DNA from: Fibrobacteria bacterium
GTDB taxonomy: Bacteria; Fibrobacterota; Fibrobacteria; UBA11236
DNA length: 64,000 bases
Assembly (NCBI GenBank): GCA_041746255.1
Contig: JBGTHM010000032.1
Coordinates: forward strand, 1-64,000
Direction: 5' to 3'
Under the pieces are notes generated by a model. The model did not search any database. It had not been told where the DNA came from and worked only from the letters and a program-made list of their open reading frames with translations. Of the stretch, positions 59,214-64,000 are shown in pieces (position 1 is the first letter of the stretch; every line of letters begins with the position of its first letter). The position numbers were made by a program, and so were the translations under genes.

Positions 59214-61052
59214 GTGCAGAAAATTCTGGCCATACCTTGGTTGTATGCATGCCTGATATTCATTTCGATTCATGTTTTGGCCCGCGATGATCTCCTGCTC
59301 CAATCCGACTTCTTAAGTCTGTTACTTTATGCCTCCGGAATAATCGGAATTCTGTTTATCGCATTCCTGCCGCCAATCCTATTGTCCCACAGGGTACTGC
59401 CTGCACATACGGTCGGGAAGCTCCTGACATCGGCGGCGGGCGGAGCGGCGGTAATCTTGGGATGGCTTTTCTTGATCGGCTCGTTTCGATGGGTTTTTCC
59501 GGATGTTCCTACTGCCGGGTGGCAGAGGTCGGCCCTGTTTTACGGCGGTGCGCTGGTGGCAGCCATGCTGCTGGTACGTCTACGACCCGGCCGCCTCTCG
59601 TTGGATAAACCGGTACTGCAGGTGGCCACGCTGGGCCTCATGCTCTGGGGGCTTACCTTGGTGTTGGCATGGCCCTATAAGCGCTTCCAAGCCATGGGTC
59701 CTCCTGCGATGCAGCAGCGCCATGCCGCGCTTCTCGTTCTGGACGCGCTTCCGGTGCAAGCCTTGCAAAGTTTCAATCCTGCCACGCCGCTATCCAAGCT
59801 CGACGAGGTACTTGCCAATGGGACCCTCTGGGACAGGGTATACTCCTGGAATCCCTGGACGCATGCCTGGTTCGGAACCCTCTATAATGGTCGCAGCCAT
59901 TGGCAAAACGAAAAGGGGGTTATGCAAAAACCACTGCGGAGCGACCCCAATCTATTCGGCTTGCTCGCGGAAGCGGATGTACGCTCGCGGTGGGTGGTTT
60001 TCCATCGCAACGGCAGTTGCGAAGGTAGCGCCGGTCATACAACCGGTTATCCAGGGGTACGGTCACATCTGCTGGGACCGGGACTCGCTTGGTTGCCGGC
60101 CGTACTGGGAGTGGATTTTCATCTCATGCTATCCAGTGATTCACCTACCGAAAAATTTACGGGTAACCCGGTGCGTCGTTTGATTTTTTCTCTTTTCAAT
60201 CCGGTGGGGCCGCAAGCAAACGTTTTCATGGAGACATTGCTACCGGAATTGAAAAGACTGCGACGGAATTCGTCCAACTCGCTGTTGGTTTTCCATGTGC
60301 GGTGGGACCATACCGGTGCGACGGCTTTCCAGCCCGTTTTACGCACCCTGGAGGATTCACGGGTAGCCGAAAATATCCGCCGGCACGACTATGCCTATGC
60401 TATTTCAGATAGTGACGCCGTGGTTTTCGCGCAAGAGATACGGGAGGGGTTCCGGGACGAAATGAATCTGTTGGGGGCTCGGCTTGCAGCTTTTCTGCAG
60501 GCGTTGAACGAAGATTCGAATTTGAAAAATACCGATATTTTTTTGACATCGGATCATGGCACCGTGGCGGATGATGGAAAAATATGGTATGGATACCATA
60601 CGGATGAGCGGGTGGTACGCATACCCTTCGCCCATCTCACCGGCGCGCCGAAGCGCCCCGATGGCATGTTTTTCACTCCGGATATTCCCGCGACCTTTTT
60701 GGATTGGTTCGAGGCTGAGGGGAGTCTTGGCCTAGGCCGTTCGCTGCTGCGTCATCAAGGCCGCGACTCCCTCTTCTGCCTGGCATTGAATTCGGAGACG
60801 CGGAAATCCTGGCCATTGGCGCTCTATCGGCGGGATTGGAAATTCGAGATAAATATCCACCCCCAATCCGACCTCACCTGGGCCCAGGGACGCATCCAGG
60901 GGATGCATTTCCATACGGAGGAGAGCGGTTCCGGGCTACCCTCCGAGATGGCGCCTTTTGTAGGCACGGCTTTGCATTCGCTGGGGGTTCCGCGAGGAAA
61001 CCTCCATCCCGGTTTGCTGGAACTTACTCGAGACCACACCGGAAATTTTTAG
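59214..61052 (+). CDS. Multi-TM alkaline-phosphatase/sulfatase-fold protein (Thr nucleophile)
   Basis: About 5 N-terminal TMs; LLVLDAL, YSWNPWTHAWFGTLY, FHVRWDH, FLTSDHG, YGYH..VVRIP, DIPATFLD. Confidence 0.78.
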   Translation: MQKILAIPWLYACLIFISIHVLARDDLLLQSDFLSLLLYASGIIGILFIAFLPPILLSHRVLPAHTVGKLLTSAAGGAAVILGWLFLIGSFRWVFPDVPTAGWQRSALFYGGALVAAMLLVRLRPGRLSLDKPVLQVATLGLMLWGLTLVLAWPYKRFQAMGPPAMQQRHAALLVLDALPVQALQSFNPATPLSKLDEVLANGTLWDRVYSWNPWTHAWFGTLYNGRSHWQNEKGVMQKPLRSDPNLFGLLAEADVRSRWVVFHRNGSCEGSAGHTTGYPGVRSHLLGPGLAWLPAVLGVDFHLMLSSDSPTEKFTGNPVRRLIFSLFNPVGPQANVFMETLLPELKRLRRNSSNSLLVFHVRWDHTGATAFQPVLRTLEDSRVAENIRRHDYAYAISDSDAVVFAQEIREGFRDEMNLLGARLAAFLQALNEDSNLKNTDIFLTSDHGTVADDGKIWYGYHTDERVVRIPFAHLTGAPKRPDGMFFTPDIPATFLDWFEAEGSLGLGRSLLRHQGRDSLFCLALNSETRKSWPLALYRRDWKFEINIHPQSDLTWAQGRIQGMHFHTEESGSGLPSEMAPFVGTALHSLGVPRGNLHPGLLELTRDHTGNF

Positions 61053-61074
61053 CGGCGCCGAGGTAAAGTCCTTT

Positions 61075-61317
61075 TCAGGCACAACGCTGCAAGAGTCTAT
61101 TTTCACGTCTCCGGTATTCTTCCTTCAGCGCCTCCAAACGAAACCGTTGGTCCGGGGCCAAGGGCGCGCTTGCGGTCCTTGAGCGATAAATCCATAAATG
61201 CGCGGCGATTTCTTCCAGGGGAAGGCCCTTGAGCCATTCACGATAACGAAGGCGGCACTCTTCTTCCTGCAATTTCTGGGGAAAGATTCCATATCGGGTA
61301 TTAACCATCTTTTTCAT
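61075..61317 (-). CDS. Small hypothetical helical protein
   Basis: Fills the gap between convergent and divergent neighbours; charged helical composition; no motif recognised. Confidence 0.4.
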   Translation of the reverse strand: MKKMVNTRYGIFPQKLQEEECRLRYREWLKGLPLEEIAAHLWIYRSRTASAPLAPDQRFRLEALKEEYRRRENRLLQRCA

Positions 61318-61457
61318 TTCTATAGAATAGCTCGACTTACTGGACAATTTCTGTCCCCGCAAATAGTCGTCCTTTCCAATTGAGGCTAATGCTACTTTTC
61401 ATCCGGAGTGCCTGCGTTCCCGGTTTGCAATGGGAAGCGGCAACGGGGATTTTGCTT

Positions 61458-62627
61458 ATGAAAACCATGCTCTTCGACATGCATTCGGGCGTTTCCGGTG
61501 ATATGATTTTGGGCGCGCTTTTCGATTTGGGAGTGGATTTCGATGCTTGGAATTCAGAAATAGCCAAGCTGGGCCTCCCGGTAAAGGTGAAAAAAAATGC
61601 GGTCATGCGGTCCGGTATGGCCGCAACCTATGCCCAAGTGGAATTTCCCCATGAAGTCCATACCCACCGGGGATTGTCGGAAATCAGCACGATCATCTCC
61701 AGTTCCGAATTGAACGCCGAGGTGAAACGCCGGAGTCTGGCCATCTTCCAACGTCTGGCCGAAGTCGAGGCCCGGATACACGGTGTTACTCCCGAAGAGG
61801 TCCACTTCCATGAATTGGGAGCGCTCGACACTATCGTCGATATCACGGGAGCATGCATTGGCTTTGAAATGCTGGGTATAGAGGAGTTTTTCTGCACGTC
61901 ATTCCCTTTCGGAAAAGGGTCGATTCGCGCGGCCCATGGAAACCTTCCGCTTCCCGCGCCCGCTACCCTTGCATTGACGGAGGGATTTCCTTCGCATCGT
62001 ACGGACATCACAGCCGAACTGTGTACGCCTACGGGTGCGGCGATAGTCACCCACTTTGCCCGACCCCTGCCTTCAGGCATGCCTATGCGCCTTAGGCGCA
62101 TCGGTTACGGAGCGGGAACCCGCGACTTGCCTGACGGACCGAATGTATTGCGGTTGTGCTTGATGGAAAAAACCGACGCTCCGCCGGAAACGGAAGTTTT
62201 TCAGGTCGAATGCAATATCGACAATATGCCCCCCGACTGGCTGGCCCATGCCTCGGGGCTTCTCTTCGAAGGAGGGTGCCGGGATGTCTGGCAGGAGCCC
62301 ATCTACATGAAAAAAAACCGGGCGGCCGTGAAGCTTTGCGCCCTGGTGGATACCGAAAAATTGGACGCCATTCTCAGCCTATTCGTAAGGGAGCTGTTGA
62401 CCGGAGGAGTCCGGTATTACCCCGTGAAGCGGCTTGTCGCGGAAAAGTCGGAAACCATCGTATCCACGCCCTGGGGCGATTTGCGCGCCAAGCGGGTGAC
62501 GTTTCCCGCGCAGGGGATAGAACGGGTCGAACCCGAGTATGAAAGTCTGCGGACGCTGGCGGCAGTGCGCGGAATACCTTTACATGTATTACATCGCGAA
62601 GTGATGGAGTATTTAAAATCCTCGTAG
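61458..62627 (+). CDS. larC: Nickel-pincer cofactor biosynthesis protein LarC
   Basis: SGVSGDMILGAL, AEVEARIHG, VHFHELGALD, PAPAT, TPTGAA, GYGAG, NIDN, MKKNR, PEYE. Confidence 0.95.
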   Translation: MKTMLFDMHSGVSGDMILGALFDLGVDFDAWNSEIAKLGLPVKVKKNAVMRSGMAATYAQVEFPHEVHTHRGLSEISTIISSSELNAEVKRRSLAIFQRLAEVEARIHGVTPEEVHFHELGALDTIVDITGACIGFEMLGIEEFFCTSFPFGKGSIRAAHGNLPLPAPATLALTEGFPSHRTDITAELCTPTGAAIVTHFARPLPSGMPMRLRRIGYGAGTRDLPDGPNVLRLCLMEKTDAPPETEVFQVECNIDNMPPDWLAHASGLLFEGGCRDVWQEPIYMKKNRAAVKLCALVDTEKLDAILSLFVRELLTGGVRYYPVKRLVAEKSETIVSTPWGDLRAKRVTFPAQGIERVEPEYESLRTLAAVRGIPLHVLHREVMEYLKSS

Positions 62628-62664
62628 GCTGTTTTACCAAGGCCCAATAACGCACCGGTGAACT

Positions 62665-63042
62665 TTATCGTACCAGCTTCCGGATTTTTTGACGCAGCAT
62701 GGCGGGTTCGAAAGGTTTGGGAAGGAATAAAGCCGATTTCTCGCCCAGTTCATTCTGAACGACGTCATTCATGGCATACCCCGAAATGTATATCACCTTT
62801 ATTTCGGGCCGTAATATACGCATGCACTCGGCTAATTCGCTGCCGCTCATGAAGGGTGGAATGACCTGATCGACGATGAGTATGTCGATGGCGGCGGCGT
62901 AATCGTCGCTGAGCCGCATGGCTTCGTCGCTATTCGTGGCTTGCAGCACACGATGCCCATCCGCCTCCAAGACCCGGGCGATGAGTCTTAGGATGGATGC
63001 GTCGTCATCAACCAATAGAAAAGTAAGTTTGTCTGCTTCCAT
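62665..63042 (-). CDS. Stand-alone response regulator receiver protein
   Basis: LLVDDD, IDILIVD, MSGSELA, YISGY, LPKPF. Confidence 0.92.
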   Translation of the reverse strand: MEADKLTFLLVDDDASILRLIARVLEADGHRVLQATNSDEAMRLSDDYAAAIDILIVDQVIPPFMSGSELAECMRILRPEIKVIYISGYAMNDVVQNELGEKSALFLPKPFEPAMLRQKIRKLVR

Positions 63043-63180
63043 GAAATTTCCCCGTCAAACCTCACCAAAACTTACAAAAGGTGAGAAAAGACCTGCAAAT
63101 ATATGCTCGAACGGTGACTTAAAAACCGTCACATCCGGAAAAATCGTACCTGAGTGCGGATTTTTGAGTCCGCACCCCCG

Positions 63181-64000
63181 CTAGGTTGTGCTCAGGTGAG
63201 ACAATTTTTGCACCCGGGAAGGATGTCGCAAGCGCTTCAAGGCTTTTTCCTTGATTTGCCGGACCCTCTCTCGAGTCAGGTTGTACCGTTGCGCAATTTC
63301 TTCCAAGGTGTAGGTTGTTTCCATGCCGATACCGAAATAAAGCCGGAGCACTCTCTCTTCGCGTTCCTCCAAAGTTCCCAGCATCTTAATGATTTCTTCG
63401 CGTGTGGAGCTGTCCAGTGAGGTTTTGTCCGGACTTTGCACGTTATCATCCTTCAGGACGTCCTGAAGTTTTCCCTCTTCGTCATTCTGAACCGATGCGT
63501 CCAACGACATGGGGGACGAGCTGAGTTGCAGACATTCGTGAATGTCGAGGACATTGATTTCCAACGCTTCCGCCAGCTCATTCGCATCGGGTTGTCGGCC
63601 GAGCTTTTGTTCCAATTTTATGCTGGTTTTCCCGATTTTATGGATTACGCCCACTCGGTTAAGGGGGATGTTGATGATGCGGCTTTGATCCGCCAAGGCC
63701 GAAAGAATCGCCTGGCGAATCCACCAAACTGCATAGGAGATGAACTTGAAGTTCATGGTTTCATCAAATCGTTGGGCGGCTCGGATGAGTCCGAGATTTC
63801 CTTCGTTAATCAGGTCTCCCATCGGTAGGCCTTGATATTGATAATTGCGGCAAACCGAGACCACGAATTTGAGATTGGCCTGGACCAGTTTATTCAATGC
63901 TTCCTTGTCACCTTTCTTGATGCGACGCGCCAATTCGGCCTCGTCTTGAAGGCACAGGGATTTGTTATGGCTGATTTCTTTCAGATAATTGGAAAGGCTT
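63181..64000 (-). CDS. RpoD/SigA-family sigma-70 factor (5' end beyond the window)
   Basis: YLKEI, LVQANLKFVV, DLINEGNLGL, KFISYAVWWIRQ, TLEEI..YNLTRERVRQI; frame open to the window edge. Confidence 0.95.
   Translation of the reverse strand, partial: SLSNYLKEISHNKSLCLQDEAELARRIKKGDKEALNKLVQANLKFVVSVCRNYQYQGLPMGDLINEGNLGLIRAAQRFDETMNFKFISYAVWWIRQAILSALADQSRIINIPLNRVGVIHKIGKTSIKLEQKLGRQPDANELAEALEINVLDIHECLQLSSSPMSLDASVQNDEEGKLQDVLKDDNVQSPDKTSLDSSTREEIIKMLGTLEEREERVLRLYFGIGMETTYTLEEIAQRYNLTRERVRQIKEKALKRLRHPSRVQKLSHLSTT

Noticed and set aside
46606..61400. tRNA-anchored genomic island or prophage
   Set aside because: The content is accessory, but I found no integrase, transposase, phage gene or repeat of the tRNA 3' end

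Overview
Bacterial chromosomal window, most likely Fibrobacterota. This is inferred from a TIGR02147-family gene, its downstream lipoprotein and many secreted proteins with short basic C-terminal sorting-like domains. Housekeeping genes are glpK, hemJ, tyrS, ffh-rpsP-rimM-trmD-rplS, ilvC, leuB, ilvE, cimA, hisD, tRNA-Pro(TGG), larC and a sigma-70 factor. They are interleaved with three accessory blocks: (i) 10.6-18.2 kb, secreted polysaccharide enzymes, three of them apparently broken by internal deletions; (ii) 19.5-43.3 kb, a large surface-glycan synthesis and modification region; (iii) 46.8-61.1 kb, minor pilins, lyase-like secreted proteins, a TIGR02147 regulator, sigma-54 remnants and a glycan-modification module. 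The best candidate for an undescribed system is a module present twice: a signal-peptide micropeptide beginning Y-[VI]-D-P-G-x-G-S, a Thr-nucleophile alkaline-phosphatase-fold membrane enzyme, and a SAM methyltransferase (once a kinase-like/MTase fusion). Other highlights are a complete Ile-codon attenuator upstream of cimA and a family of GTTYC-N6-GRAAC palindromes at XRE- and TIGR02147-linked promoters. All calls come from reading motifs by eye; no database searches were run.
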